Shown piece by piece: positions 46,032-59,841 of a stretch of DNA of 64,000 bases; position 1 is the stretch's first letter, and every line of letters begins with the position of its first letter. The DNA is taken from assembly GCF_009914755.1 (NCBI RefSeq), contig NC_060925.1. One strand, written 5' to 3'. This DNA comes from the human T2T-CHM13v2.0 reference genome, Homo sapiens. The notes under the pieces were generated by a model. The model was not told where the DNA came from. It did not search any database and saw only the letters and a list, made by a program, of their open reading frames with translations. The position numbers were made by a program, and so were the translations under genes.

Positions 46032-46359
46032 GGCTAGGCGCGGTGGCTCACGCCTGTAAACCCAGCACTTTGGGAGGCCTAGGTGGGTGGATCATGAGGT
46101 CAGGAGATCGAGAACATTCTGGCTAACACGGTGAAACCCTGTCTCTACTAAAAATACAAAAAAATTAGCCGGGTGTGGTGGTGGGCACCTGTAGTCCCAG
46201 CTACTCAGGAGGCTGAGGCAGGACAATGGCATAAACCTGGCAGGCGGAGCTTGCAGTGAGCGGAGATCACGCCACTACACTCCAGCCCGGGCGACAGAGT
46301 GAGACTCCGTCTCAAAAAAACAAAAACAAAAAAGCAAAAAACAAAACAAACAAAAAAAA
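46032..46359 (+). mobile_element. AluY
   Basis: Y diagnostics; TSD aaatatgcagRagga. Confidence 0.9.
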
Positions 46360-46692
46360 CCCCAGAAATATGCAGAAGGAAAGGTTTTTTTCCCTTGCTT
46401 GAAAAAGCAGTCTTCAGCAATCACTGCATTTGTCGCTTGTTTTCTAGAGGCTGGATAAAATCAACTGTTTCTAGTTCATCCACACGTCTCTTTGCTGACA
46501 GTATGAAAGAAAGTAACATGAAATGCTTTATAAGGAAAGATTGTCACCATCAGCCATTTCATGCTGCTGCAAATATTTCAGATCCAAAATTCAAAGGCAG
46601 AAATGCAAAGGTTAATCCCACCACTGCACTTGATTAAATTGCAACAAGCCACAATTAGCAGTTGGAAAGTTCATTTCAAATGTTACAAAAGA

Positions 46693-47041
<349 letters not shown>

Positions 47042-47505
47042 TTACATCATAGAGCTCTGACCCATCTTCTGCAGCATGCAAAGAAGTCGATGGGTGTTTA
47101 TAAAGAGAACATGTCAAGAAATAAACTAATCTATGAAAGATTAGAGATAGGTGTCTCTATCTTGTTTTCAGAAGTCTTCGAAGAAGTTAAAATGAAGCCT
47201 CAGAAGTAACAGGTCATGATCACTTAGGAAATAAGACTGATTAAAGCAGGCTTCATGTAGCAAAAGCGTCATTCAGTGAATTATGGAGAGCAATGAAGGT
47301 GGGGAATTTGGGGAAATGGTGTATTTTTTTATCTACTCCTTTCCTGTTTAGAAATGCTTATGATGTACTGCCACATGATAGATCCTTAGTTCAAAGACAA
47401 AAGAACTCTATTTTATTGTAATGTAAAGGTTTTCTTCAGTTTTCAAGCTCATCTACTTCCTACAATCTAGAAAAAAAAAAAAGGCTGAGACACCAGATTT
47501 AGCAC

Positions 47506-47798
47506 TTTTTTTTTTTTTGAGGTGGAGTCTCACTCTTTTGCCAGGCTAGAGTGCAGTGGCACGATCTCTGCTCACTGCAACCTCCGCCTCCCAGGTTGAA
47601 GCGATTCTCCTGCCTCAGCCTCCCGAGTAGCTGGGACTACAGGCATGCGCCAGCACGTCCAGCTAATTTTTGTGTTTTTAGTAAAGACGGGGTTTCACCA
47701 CGTTGGCCAGGATGGTCTCAATCTCTTGACCTCATGATCCACCTGCCTCGGTCTTCCGAAGTGCTGGGATTACAGGTGTGAGTCACTGCACCCAGCCA
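47506..47798 (-). mobile_element. AluSc-like
   Basis: gccaggatggtctcaatctcttgacctc. Confidence 0.88.
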
Positions 47799-47836
47799 GC
47801 ACCATTTATAATAAAATTTATAACATTGAAAATGTT

Positions 47837-48127
47837 GACTGGGCACAGTGGCTCACCCCTGTAATCCCAACACTCTGGGAGACTGAGGCAGGAAGATTGC
47901 TTGAGCCCAGGAGTTCAAGACCAGCCTGAACAACACAGAGAGGCCCTATCTTTACGAAAAAAAAAAAAAAAATTAACCTGCGGTTCCAGCTACTTAGGAG
48001 GCTGAGGCAGGAGGATCACTTGAGCCCAGGAGTTCAAGGCTTTAGTGAGCTATGATTGCACCATTGCACTCCAGCCCGGGCAATAGATCAAGACTCTGTC
48101 TCAAAAAGACAAAACAAAACAAAAAAA
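47837..48127 (+). mobile_element. AluJ, head-to-head with the preceding Alu
   Basis: Alu consensus match. Confidence 0.87.
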
Positions 48128-48289
48128 TCAAATCTGTCTCGTCATTAGACCTGGGATGAATCATTCCCCTACAACATACCATTGAAACGCTGAAAATTTA
48201 GATGTAAAAAAGCCTTCCCTATTCCCTTCTGGGAATTCCTCTGTGACCACTCACTTCTTCCTACTTCTTCCTCCCCACTCCCCAACCAG

Positions 48290-48470
48290 GGTAGGAAAAT
48301 GTCTGTGTGCACCGACAATGTCACTGACCTCCGGATTCCTGAGGGTGAGTCAGGGTTCTCCAAATCTATCACAGCCTACGTCTGCCAGGCAGTCATCATC
48401 CCCCCAGAGGTGACAGGCTACAAGGCCGGGGTTTCCTCACAGCCTGTCAGCCTTGCTGATCGACTTATTG
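48290..48470 (+). CDS. ELAPOR1: Exon 16 (181 nt): GRKMSVCTD...LADRLI
   Basis: cccaaccag|, |gtgagt. Confidence 0.97.
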
Positions 48471-48504
48471 GTGAGTAACTCCGCTGCCTCAGCCTTGTTT
48501 GAGA

Positions 48505-48536
<32 letters not shown>
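48505..48536. repeat. (GT)n microsatellite just downstream of the exon 16 donor
   Basis: Visible directly. Confidence 0.95.
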
Positions 48537-48537
<1 letters not shown>

Positions 48538-48794
48538 AGAGAGTGTGAGGTTACCAGTCTGGGAGGTAAAAGGCCCCACATGAGGGGCCCAACCTCTTGA
48601 CCTGTGTTTTCTATTCCACTCTGTGTGCAAAGTGCTCCCAGGGACTCTGACAAACCCTTGTTTCACCCTTTCATAAGCCACTCAGGGATGTGATGAGATG
48701 AAGTGAGGTTGGATGTTGACAGGTATTGGAAGAATTGAAGTGGTTGCCAGCTAATGCTACTAGTGAGAACTAATTAGGAGCTCTAATTTGGCAG

Positions 48795-48891
48795 GGGTGA
48801 CAACAGATATGACTCTGGATGGAATCACCTCCCCAGCTGAACTTTTCCACCTGGAGTCCTTGGGAATACCGGACGTGATCTTCTTTTATAG
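48795..48891 (+). CDS. ELAPOR1: Exon 17 (97 nt): VTTDMTLD...DVIFFY
   Basis: tttggcag|, |gtgaag. Confidence 0.95.
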
Positions 48892-49388
48892 GTGAAGATG
48901 AGAGGCTAGGCTAATGCAAGTGAAACCTAGGACTCCTCCATAATTTCTGCTGCATCCCTCCCTCTCTAGCCACCTACTGCTTATCAAGCCAGAACATGTC
49001 TGAGGTCTAGCAGATCTGCCCAGTCATGATAGCTAAGGGCTGGGAGTTCCTGATCCCAGCTTCCTGGATATTACTGGAGCAGATCTGCCCTAGAGGCAAG
49101 GAGAAATATTGGATGATCTGCAGTGGACTTCCCTTCCAGCCTAAGCAGGCTCCAGTGTATGCTAGCCATGACTTTCCTAAACCAGGGCATTTCCCCCTTG
49201 ACTACATATTGTTGATCCCCACCCTTTCCACGTATAAACCAAGGCCTGTGCACTCCCTGTGTGCCAGGCTAAAGCCCAAGTCCTGACTTCCCCAGCAAGG
49301 GAATTGCTCCATGCGGATTTCTCTTGGTGGCTGTCCAATAACACAGCTGAGTGACTCATTCCCTCATGGGGGCTGGCTTTCTCTGCAG

Positions 49389-49490
49389 GTCCAATGATGT
49401 GACCCAGTCCTGCAGTTCTGGGAGATCAACCACCATCCGCGTCAGGTGCAGTCCACAGAAAACTGTCCCTGGAAGTTTGCTGCTGCCAGG
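49389..49490 (+). CDS. ELAPOR1: Exon 18 (102 nt): SNDVTQSC...SLLLP
   Basis: ctctgcag|, |gtaagc. Confidence 0.97.
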
Positions 49491-49714
49491 GTAAGCCCTG
49501 CAAAGGGATGTAACAAAGGCCAAAATCTCCCTTGAAGTCATTCCATCCTGAGATCCAGAGATTACTGAAAAAGAGCAAAAAAGAAAAGAGTTTGAGATCC
49601 ATTAATGGGTGCTTAGGGGCACAGTCATGGCCCCAGACCCTCAGTCTTCATATGGCAAGAATGGGGTAGAAGGAAGAGTGAAAGCTATTCTCATATTCCT
49701 GGTCCATTACGGCA

Positions 49715-49900
49715 GCAGCTGCGTAGCATGGTAACCAACAGCTCGGCTGAGAGCCAGGTTGAATCATCTCCTCCACTAACCAGCTATGTTATCATGGATG
49801 CATTTCTTACCTTCTTTAGGCCTCTTTTTTCCATATCTGTAAAAATGGGCATAATGCTAAATTCCCTCAGCGGGTTGTTTTGAGGATTAAATGAGACAAG
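49715..49900. mobile_element. MIR
   Basis: atctgtaaaaatgggcataat...gttgttttgaggattaaatgaga. Confidence 0.75.
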
Positions 49901-50669
49901 GAGACTTTAGGACGTTTCATGATCTCTGGCTATTATGAGGATTAGTAAAGGTTTAGGGATCCTAGGAATCTCTCTGCAACGAAAATACCCAGTTCTGAGG
50001 TTAATAGCTGAGTGAACTAAATCAAAAATTTCTAAATGAATATGACCACAGGACACCCCCTCCCCTCCCCGCATAACAGCAGCTAACATCTTGACGGGCA
50101 CTAGCGTCTTGAGGAAGACGTTTTGGATATGCTGCGCCTAAACTGACTGGGGAGATGGGGAGCAAAGCAGGGCGTCTTGACCCAGTAGTGGTGTCTGAGT
50201 GTCAAATCCCTGTTCTTGCCATTGTAAACATCACAGTAAAGTACATAACAGGTATCCATACCGGAAGTTCATTCCTGAACCCCACCTCAACTCCAATCCC
50301 ACCCCGAGGAAGCTGCATCAAAGTGGCTATTGCAAAATGTCACAAGTCTGTGGGGAGGACAGGAACCTCAAAGGGGTTGATGAGACAGCCATGCTGGAGC
50401 TCAGACACCTTACAATAGCTCTCATAAGATGTCAGCAAAAACATAAACGGGCAGAGGGTGGGGAGCCCACTGGAGGCCAGGAAGGCCTCTTATCAGTGAA
50501 ATCAGAGATCAAAACCTGTGTTAAGGACTAGTTGGAAGGATCCTGGTAGGGCTAATGGTTTGGGCAGGGAGAGGGTAAATCAGGCAAGCTATGAGACAAC
50601 AGGCTTCCAACCAGATCTTCCCCACCCCTCCAGCGAGTGAGAGCTTAGGTCTCTTTTCTGCTTTGCTAG

Positions 50670-50796
50670 AACGTGCTCAGATGGGACCTGTGATGGCTGC
50701 AACTTCCACTTCCTGTGGGAGAGCGCGGCTGCTTGCCCGCTCTGCTCAGTGGCTGACTACCATGCTATCGTCAGCAGCTGTGTGGCTGGGATCCAG
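50670..50796 (+). CDS. ELAPOR1: Exon 19 (127 nt): [23 protein letters not shown]...AGIQ
   Basis: ctttgctag|, |gtgggt; C-x-F-x-F-x-W-x-S-x-x-A-C matches the end of an MRH-type repeat. Confidence 0.97.
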
Positions 50797-50874
50797 GTGG
50801 GTTTCCCTCTGATCGGGCACTTCCATGAGAGAAGGGAATGGGAGATCTGAGTTCCTTGTTTTTCTCCCCAACAG

Positions 50875-51053
50875 AAGACTACTTACGTGTGGCGAGAACC
50901 CAAGCTATGCTCTGGTGGCATTTCTCTGCCTGAGCAGAGAGTCACCATCTGCAAAACCATAGATTTCTGGCTGAAAGTGGGCATCTCTGCAGGCACCTGT
51001 ACTGCCATCCTGCTCACCGTCTTGACCTGCTACTTTTGGAAAAAGAATCAAAA
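50875..51053 (+). CDS. ELAPOR1: Exon 20 (179 nt): KTTYVWREP...TM helix...WKKNQ
   Basis: ccccaacag|, AA|gtacat (weak donor); hydrophobic [21 protein letters not shown] followed by KKNQK. Confidence 0.95.
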
Positions 51054-51550
51054 GTACATGTTGCGGTATTGGAGTGTGGGGATGGACAGGGTTGGATTAT
51101 TGATCAGGGAGAATATCTGAAAGTATAAATTAATGGGGTTTTTCTCTGGAGTTGGCTACAGACTCTGTGACTTATCCAGTGCATGGTTTGGTTATCCTGA
51201 CTCCTGAACAGGGATGGTACCACGTGGCAGTCTATAAATGGATGTTAAATTCTCAAAAGCAAAGAGTATCCTCAATTTGCTATTATTAACAGTACAGAGA
51301 ATGACATTATGATTTCGATATTTCCATTAAATTTTGAGATCATAGAAACAGACAGCCTTAAGGAACAAAGATCACTGAACTGGGAACTAAGATTCCTTCT
51401 ATTACCCCAGCCCTGACACCATTTTACCATGCTTCAGTCTCCTTACCCATGGCATGGGAATAGGACCTGTTCATAGCCTAACCTCTCTACCTCTTTCCCC
51501 CTTATTCCCACATTTTGGGATCTTGTCTTTCCCATCCTCCTGTTTTATAG

Positions 51551-51716
51551 ACTAGAGTACAAGTACTCCAAGCTGGTGATGAATGCTACTCTCAAGGACT
51601 GTGACCTGCCAGCAGCTGACAGCTGCGCCATCATGGAAGGCGAGGATGTAGAGGACGACCTCATCTTTACCAGCAAGAAGTCACTCTTTGGGAAGATCAA
51701 ATCATTTACCTCCAAG
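51551..51716 (+). CDS. ELAPOR1: Exon 21 (166 nt): LEYKYSKLV...KSFTSK, cytosolic tail
   Basis: gttttatag|, |gtaggg. Confidence 0.97.
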
Positions 51717-52646
51717 GTAGGGGTCCTGGCCAGTGCACTGAGGTCAGCCTGGAGGGCTGGAGGAGACACTGCTCCTCAGACACTGAATGGTCCTGTACCG
51801 TTCAGGGATGGGCACTCTGCTCCCCACGCCCGATACAATTCCATTTCCCCACTCTGAAAATCCTGCCTTCTCCTTCTGTGTTTCTACACCAATACTCTTT
51901 CCCCCGGGGCCCAAGGCTGCTCTTGATCAGGCTCCTTCTCTCTCAACATGCACTCCAGTTAGTGAACTGTTTGGGCCTTTTCACTTCCAGAAGGAGTACT
52001 GAACCATCTATGTTGTAAGAATCATCCCCTACTCCTTTTTTTATTTTCACTGAAAAGGGAAAAGGTGATCTCTGGGATCAACTTCTGATAGAAGTCAGGC
52101 TCTCCTTTGACCAGTGGGGGGTGCTGTCTTCCAGGTGTCTGGGTCCAGTCCTTTGGGAGCTGAATCATAGTTCAGTCTCAGCTGTTCCCCACTGAGCAAT
52201 TCTGAGCTGGGAGGGCTGGCTTTGTGTGGGTGGGTGAGTATGAAGCTTATAAATGCAATACAGACAATACTGTCACTGGGTGTGGGGCCAGCAGACAGCA
52301 TACAAGCAGGTCCTCCAGGGCTATAGTCCTCTGCAGCACAACTCTGCCAGTGCCCATACCTGACTACTGCTCTGAACCAGTTCATCCCAATAGGAGTGGG
52401 TGGGGAGGGCGGAAAGAGGGAGGAGGGTATTGGGAGGTGGTGAAGAAAGGACCGTGCTTGGGTGTTTAGATTGCTAAGTCTTGTTTCCTTTGTGCTGACC
52501 TGCTAGGGAGACTCCCTTGGCCTCCTTAGACTGCGATTTCTTTTTTTTTAAATGAATGGGAGAACAGTTCACCCTGGGACTCTTGAGTCTATCTGGGACT
52601 GCTAGAATTCAGCAAAGGTGCAAAGCAGGGGATTTTTAAGATTTTT

Positions 52647-53248
<602 letters not shown>

Positions 53249-53262
53249 TAAAAGAAAAAAAA

Positions 53263-53555
53263 TTTTTTTTTTTTGAGACAGAGTTTCGCTCTTGTTGCCC
53301 AGGCTGGAGTGCAGTGGCATGATCTTGGCTTACTGCAACCTCTGTTCCCGGGTTCAAGCGATTCTCCTTCCTCAGCCTCCCAGGTAGTTGCGATTATAGG
53401 CGCCTGCCACCATGCCTGGCTAATTTTTGTATTTTCGGTAGAGACAGGGTCTCACCATGTTGGTCAGGCTGGTCTCGAACTCCTAACCTCAGGTGATCCA
53501 CCTGCCTTGGCCTCCCAAGTGCTGGGATTACAGGCATGAGCCACCACACCCCGCC
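53263..53555 (-). mobile_element. AluSq-like
   Basis: Degenerate TSD taaaagaaaaa. Confidence 0.9.
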
Positions 53556-53728
53556 TAAAAGAAAAAGATTTTTATTGTTCTCCAACTGACCCTGAAGGGA
53601 GCAAGCAGAATAGAGGGTATCTCATTTCTGTGTTTCCACAAAGCCACTGAAACAGGAATTTCATAAGGGTTCCTTCTGTCACCTATTTTCCATTTCTCTC
53701 CTTTGTCCCCAAACTTGCCCCTGTGCAG

Positions 53729-53770
53729 CAGCCAGCTCCTGTCACCATCTCTCTTTCAGAGGACTCCTGA
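53729..53770 (+). CDS. ELAPOR1: Alternative upstream acceptor of the last exon, giving C-terminus [13 protein letters not shown]
   Basis: ccctgtgcag|CAG with upstream pyrimidine tract; open in phase 0 for 13 codons to TGA 53768-53770. Confidence 0.7.
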   Translation, partial: QPAPVTISLSEDS

Positions 53771-53828
53771 TGGATTTGACTCAGTGCCGCTGAAGACATC
53801 CTCAGGAGGCCCAGACATGGACCTGTGA
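53760..53828 (+). CDS. ELAPOR1: Exon 22 coding part: [22 protein letters not shown]
   Basis: ctctttcag| acceptor, TGA at 53826-53828. Confidence 0.95.
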   Translation, partial: RTPDGFDSVPLKTSSGGPDMDL

Positions 53829-54410
53829 GAGGCACTGCCTGCCTCACCTGCCTCCTCACCTTGCATAGCACCTTTGCAAGCCTGCGGCGATTTGGGTGCC
53901 AGCATCCTGCAACACCCACTGCTGGAAATCTCTTCATTGTGGCCTTATCAGATGTTTGAATTTCAGATCTTTTTTTATAGAGTACCCAAACCCTCCTTTC
54001 TGCTTGCCTCAAACCTGCCAAATATACCCACACTTTGTTTGTAAATTATGCCCTTGCTTGTATCTTGTTTCCCAAAATGGCCCATCCGCCAGAGCCATAG
54101 CTTCGTCTGCTCATAATTCTTATAGCTTTGGAATGAAAATATTTCTATCTTCTTAAGTATAGAAACTATTTCCTCTGTCCTCTAACTTAAGGGCAGAAAC
54201 AGCTGGGAGTTTTCCTCGCATGCCCTCAGCTCATGATCTCTTCAGGAGAGAGGCTGGGTGAGGAGGGTGTCGGGGTTCCCTGGTGGATAATCTTCATAGC
54301 AGCCTGGATCCATTTCCCCTGGATAACCAGCTCAAAGGGAGTGAAAATGGTAGTCTGAGGGCAAGGGGAGCAAGGCCTGGGTAAGAAAAGCCTTGAAAAG
54401 CATAAAAAGA

Positions 54411-54713
<303 letters not shown>

Positions 54714-54742
54714 GAAAAGCACAAAGAGAGGCAACAAGGAAT

Positions 54743-55035
54743 GTTTTTGTTTTTGAGACAGGCTCTCACTCTGTCACCTAGGCTGGAGTGCAGTGGCATA
54801 ATCACTGTTCAGTGCAGCCTCAAGCTCTTGGGCTCAAGCTATCCTCCCATCTCAACCTCTCAAGTAGCTAGGACTACAAGTGTGCACCACCAGGCTCACT
54901 AATTTTTATATTTTTTGTAGACACAGGGTTTCACCATGTTGCCCAGGCTGGTCTCCAACTCCTGGGCTCAAGTGATCTGTCCGCCTCAGCCTCCCAAACT
55001 GCTGGGATTACAGGCATAAGCCACTGCACTCAGCC
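54743..55035 (-). mobile_element. AluJ in the 3' UTR
   Basis: Alu consensus, antisense. Confidence 0.9.
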
Positions 55036-55599
55036 TTTTATTTGTTTTTTAAACCACGTAGCTCATTGCCTTCTCTTAAGTAAATGATAGATATTCTCAC
55101 TGAAGCCAAAGGAATAAGTTCATCAAGAAAATGCCCAAAGCCCTGGTGGATACATCCTCCCTATCTTTTTTTTAAACCTTCCACTATCACTCTATGACAC
55201 TGAAAAGAACCAGGTAAGCCCCAAACCCAGATGTTCCAGCCTTATCCTCTATTGGGTTTACCCACAGACATAGCAAACCCTGTCAGTGAGGAAAATTCCC
55301 CATCCTTGAGTGCCCCCGTCCTAGAAGTTTGGGCCATATTATGGAACAGGGGTCTCTTATTTGAAAAGAGCACAAGGAGGCCAAGATTTTAATGGGGCAC
55401 TTTAGGGGATACAGCCCACAATGGCATGGGCCTGAGGTGGCCGTGATGTCTGCTTCTAAGCTTAACGCATCTGCTCAGGCACAGAATAAACGTCTAGGCT
55501 GGCCAAAAAAGGAACTGAATCCCAGGCCCATACGCCAGCACCAGAATCAAACCAGTCTTCAAGGAAGGAAGGCTAGGAGAGTTTAACAAGATTTTCACT

Positions 55600-55719
55600 G
55601 GGCCCAGCATGGTGGCTCACACCTGTAATCCCAAGGCAGAATGGTGGCTTGAGCTCAGGAGTTCAAGACCAGCCTGGGCAACACAGTGAGACCCTGTCTC
55701 TAAAAAATTTAAAAATAAA
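55600..55719 (+). mobile_element. Alu monomer fragment in the 3' UTR
   Basis: Left-arm match with a deletion. Confidence 0.8.
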
Positions 55720-56825
55720 CAAGGTGTTCACCAAGCTGGGATACTTCTCACTATTAAGCCCCTATCTTTCTCTTTTTTTCATTCTCAATTGCTTTGTGTG
55801 ATAAAAAACTAAAGAGACTTCTGGTCCAATTTCTGGCAACATCCCTTCTGAAAGGTGAGTAGAGTGGGTGTCTTCTATGCCCATTTTCCCCAATTTTACA
55901 CAAACTATTATCAATGAACTTTTAAGTACCTAGAATGGGTAAAACCAGAGCAAGACTTTAAATTACCTTCTTCTTTCTTCTACTGGCAGTTCTGCCTCCA
56001 TCACTATCAGGCTAGGGTGACCTTCCCTTGGTCAAGCCCCAATTGCCCATGATTTGTGCCTGTGCCCTTTCTCCAGTGACCATTTGGTGACCAGATGGTA
56101 GATATAGAAAGGGGATGGCATTTGCAAGTGACTAGTCTGCCACAAAATGCTCATCTGATTAGCCACTGCTGCCCTGGCAATGGCTTTGTAAGAGTCAATG
56201 AGAACTAGAGCCAGGCTGTGGTCCCTGGCCATCAACAGTGTTGGTGACGGCAGGGAGTCCCTTTGGTTTAATAAATCCAGTTTTTCTTTGGGTATCCAAA
56301 TTCTCCCCTCCTTTTGTAGGAGTCAGGCTCTCAGAACCTGTGTCCATGTTGGAACTTCCCCCAGTGTGGATGCAGATACGCAGCTCCTGAGCTCCAGCCT
56401 AAAGTCTTCTGTAGCCTCAGCAATACTTGGGCACCTGCTGTCTCACTGAATAGCTTTCTTTTGTGACAAAGGCCACAGACAGCCCTTAGACTATTCCGGA
56501 AACAGTAGGAAAAATTACATATGTCTTTGACTTCTTTATTCTGACTCCACTGATTTTAGCCATAATACTTTAAGGAGCTACTTTTTACTACCCCTTACCG
56601 TGCTGACTTCTGCAGGTCTGCCCTGTGACCTGTCAGGAACTCCTGAGTTACGCTACTGGGGTCACCTGTTGCTCCCCTAGCAAGTTAGGCATGTCATATA
56701 TTTTTAACAGCTTTATTGAGATATAATTCACATATTATACAATTCACCTTTAAAACATACGATTCAATGGTTTTCAGCAAACTCACAGAGTTGTCCGCCC
56801 ACTTGAGAGCAAACACATGTTCAAT

Positions 56826-57158
<333 letters not shown>

Positions 57159-57574
57159 TAGTCCTTGACCCAGGGCTAAAGTGGTCTGTCCAAGCTGTTG
57201 TTGGTAGAGGGAGTATGATAAAATGTTTAAATCTCATTTGGTTACCTTGAGTCCTGGAACACGCAGTAACTGTCATGCTATAGTCATCATCTGTATTTGG
57301 CTGGGAATACAAATGAAGATTGTGGTGTATTCAAGCAGTAGGGTTTTTGCTTTTGTTTTTGTTTTAGTGCCAACAAAACTTTTTTTTGTCTGACTACATT
57401 AAAGATAAGACTGACTATATTTATACAACAGAAACTTTGTAATAGATTTTTTCAGCTTTGTGAAATCGAATTTTTTTTCATCAGGGCTGGTTGGATTTCC
57501 TTTTTACCCTGTAATCCAAGCGTTAATAGTTTGTTAGAAGATGGGTTATTGCATGTCACTTTTTTTTTTTGTAA

Positions 57575-57606
57575 AATAAAAACATACCTTACAAGTTGTT
57601 TTTCTT
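57575..57606 (+). terminator. Distal polyadenylation signal
   Basis: U-rich upstream tract, AATAAA 57575-57580, CA about 12 nt later, then a GU/U-rich element (gttgtttttctt). Confidence 0.85.
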
Positions 57607-57704
57607 AAACATGGGTTGGGTGGCTGGAGGGGTGAGTGGGAAATGTAAGTGTCCTGGAAGCTTAAACTGAAAAGGAGAAGGATTCCACATTCGCAGAGAG
57701 GCAG

Positions 57705-57880
57705 AGAAAAGAGCACAGACTTTGGAACAAGATGGACATAGGCTAGAAGCCTCCCACTACTTGTTGAGGAATCAGTCAATAACCAAAGCCTCAGTTTCCA
57801 CAATAATAAAATGCATCTAATGATACCCAACACACCAAGATTGAATGAGCTCAAAAGAAATAACTCATAAACCACTTCGC
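57705..57880. mobile_element. MIR
   Basis: aagagcacagactttggaa...agcctcagtttcc. Confidence 0.6.
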
Positions 57881-58061
57881 ATGCTACTTCCCTTCCCTTC
57901 TGCTCAGGTTTCTTTCAGGAAACATGAGGCCAGCCACATAACAATAAATCCACAAATAGAAGCAAAATTAGCTTCTTTGGGTATGAAGTAGATTATTACA
58001 GACTAGATGTGGAGAAAATCCTAGATGATATCAAGGGCCTACCATTTCCTGAGGTTGCTAG

Positions 58062-58358
<297 letters not shown>

Positions 58359-58654
58359 AGGATTTTTCTGCTTCAGGACTTTATTCTAGTTGAGGGCACT
58401 TGATCCCCAAAAATAATTCTCTCAGCTATTAATAGATGAGTTGGGAATGTCACACTTTTCAGACTGAATGGCACTAAGTGCCAGATGTTCTTCGTCAGGG
58501 TCCTTAGGTAATTTCTAGTCTTCTAACAGGCCTCTCCGCGCCAGTGCTTCCCACACCAGTATCACCCCCCTGCTCTGTAGCCAGAGCTCTTTTTCTTTTT
58601 TTCATGAAAAGTTTTCTGGTAAAAGGCAGAAAACCTGCTAACCAAATTCTAAAA

Positions 58655-58823
58655 GAGGGTGTGGCGGCTCATGCCTGTAATCCCAGCACTTTGGGAGGGC
58701 CAGGCTGGAGGATCGCCTGAGGCCAGGAGGTTGAGGTTGCAGTGAGCTATGATGGTGGATTGCACCACTGCCCTCCAGCCTAGGTGACAGAGGCAGACCC
58801 TGTCTGTAAAAAAAATAAAAAAA
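58655..58823 (+). mobile_element. Alu monomer
   Basis: Single arm with A tail. Confidence 0.8.
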
Positions 58824-59841
58824 TTCTACAAGAGCTGGAACACTCAGAGCCGTTTTTCTAACACATCTGATGGCACTCAAATGTGCCATCTCTGATGGCT
58901 CCTTATTGCTGTCAGGCAGGAGCAATTGGCAGCAGCTCACCTACACTCCAAGGCTGGTTGTTTATGACCCACATCTACTTTGACTGGGTGGTACCTGGGT
59001 TGTACTGGTGGTTAAATATTTTGAACATCACCCCTGCTTATAACATACAGTCCAAACTCTAAGAAGGAAAGTAGAAAAGAAAACGCATTCGTTTGGCATC
59101 TGTGTCAAGCCTGGACTTAATGCTTTCACAGCATTGCCTTTTTTCATTTTCAGAACAGCCCTGGAGGCAGCTACTATCCCCATTACACCCATTACAATAG
59201 AGGAAGAAACTGTGTCTCCAATAGATTCAGTTACGTGGCCTACAGGGTCCCTAACGGCCCACCGGCCCACCTTCCCAACATTGTTTCTACTCTAACCACA
59301 CTGAGCTTTTGATGGTCTCTGAGTCATAAGCACCTTCATGCCTCCAGCATTGGAATATGCTCTCCTCTCTGCCCCTCTGCTTCCTTTTCACCTCACAGAT
59401 CCCACTCAGCCTTCCACGTCACCCCACTGTGGGAAATAACAGGGCAAAAACAGTCCCATGGGAGTACCGCTATGAATCTTTATGAATACAACCGTGTACT
59501 GTGCAATGCAACAAACAAGCAACAGACACAATCAAGCTTGAAACTGCGGGGCAGTGAGAGGGGTGTGTAATGATATGGAAATGATTTTAAGAATTTCCCA
59601 ATCACTGACAAAGAAGTAAAATACATTATCAGGTGACCAGGCAAGAATATACTTACGACTTGGTCTAAATCTTAAGGAAGACAATTAATTAACTGGGAAG
59701 CATAGAGCAACAATGAGTATTAAGAGATAGAGAAACTGATTTAGGGTTTTTAAGAGCTATTCAAGGAGAATTTGAAATATAAACTAATTTTGTCTCAGTG
59801 CCAAAGTTAACAATCCCACATAAAATGCAATTCCCTATAGA

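Noticed and set aside
48471-51550. Possible U12-type introns at the atypical splice sites
   Set aside because: No RTATCCTT donor at any junction; all introns are U2-type GT-AG
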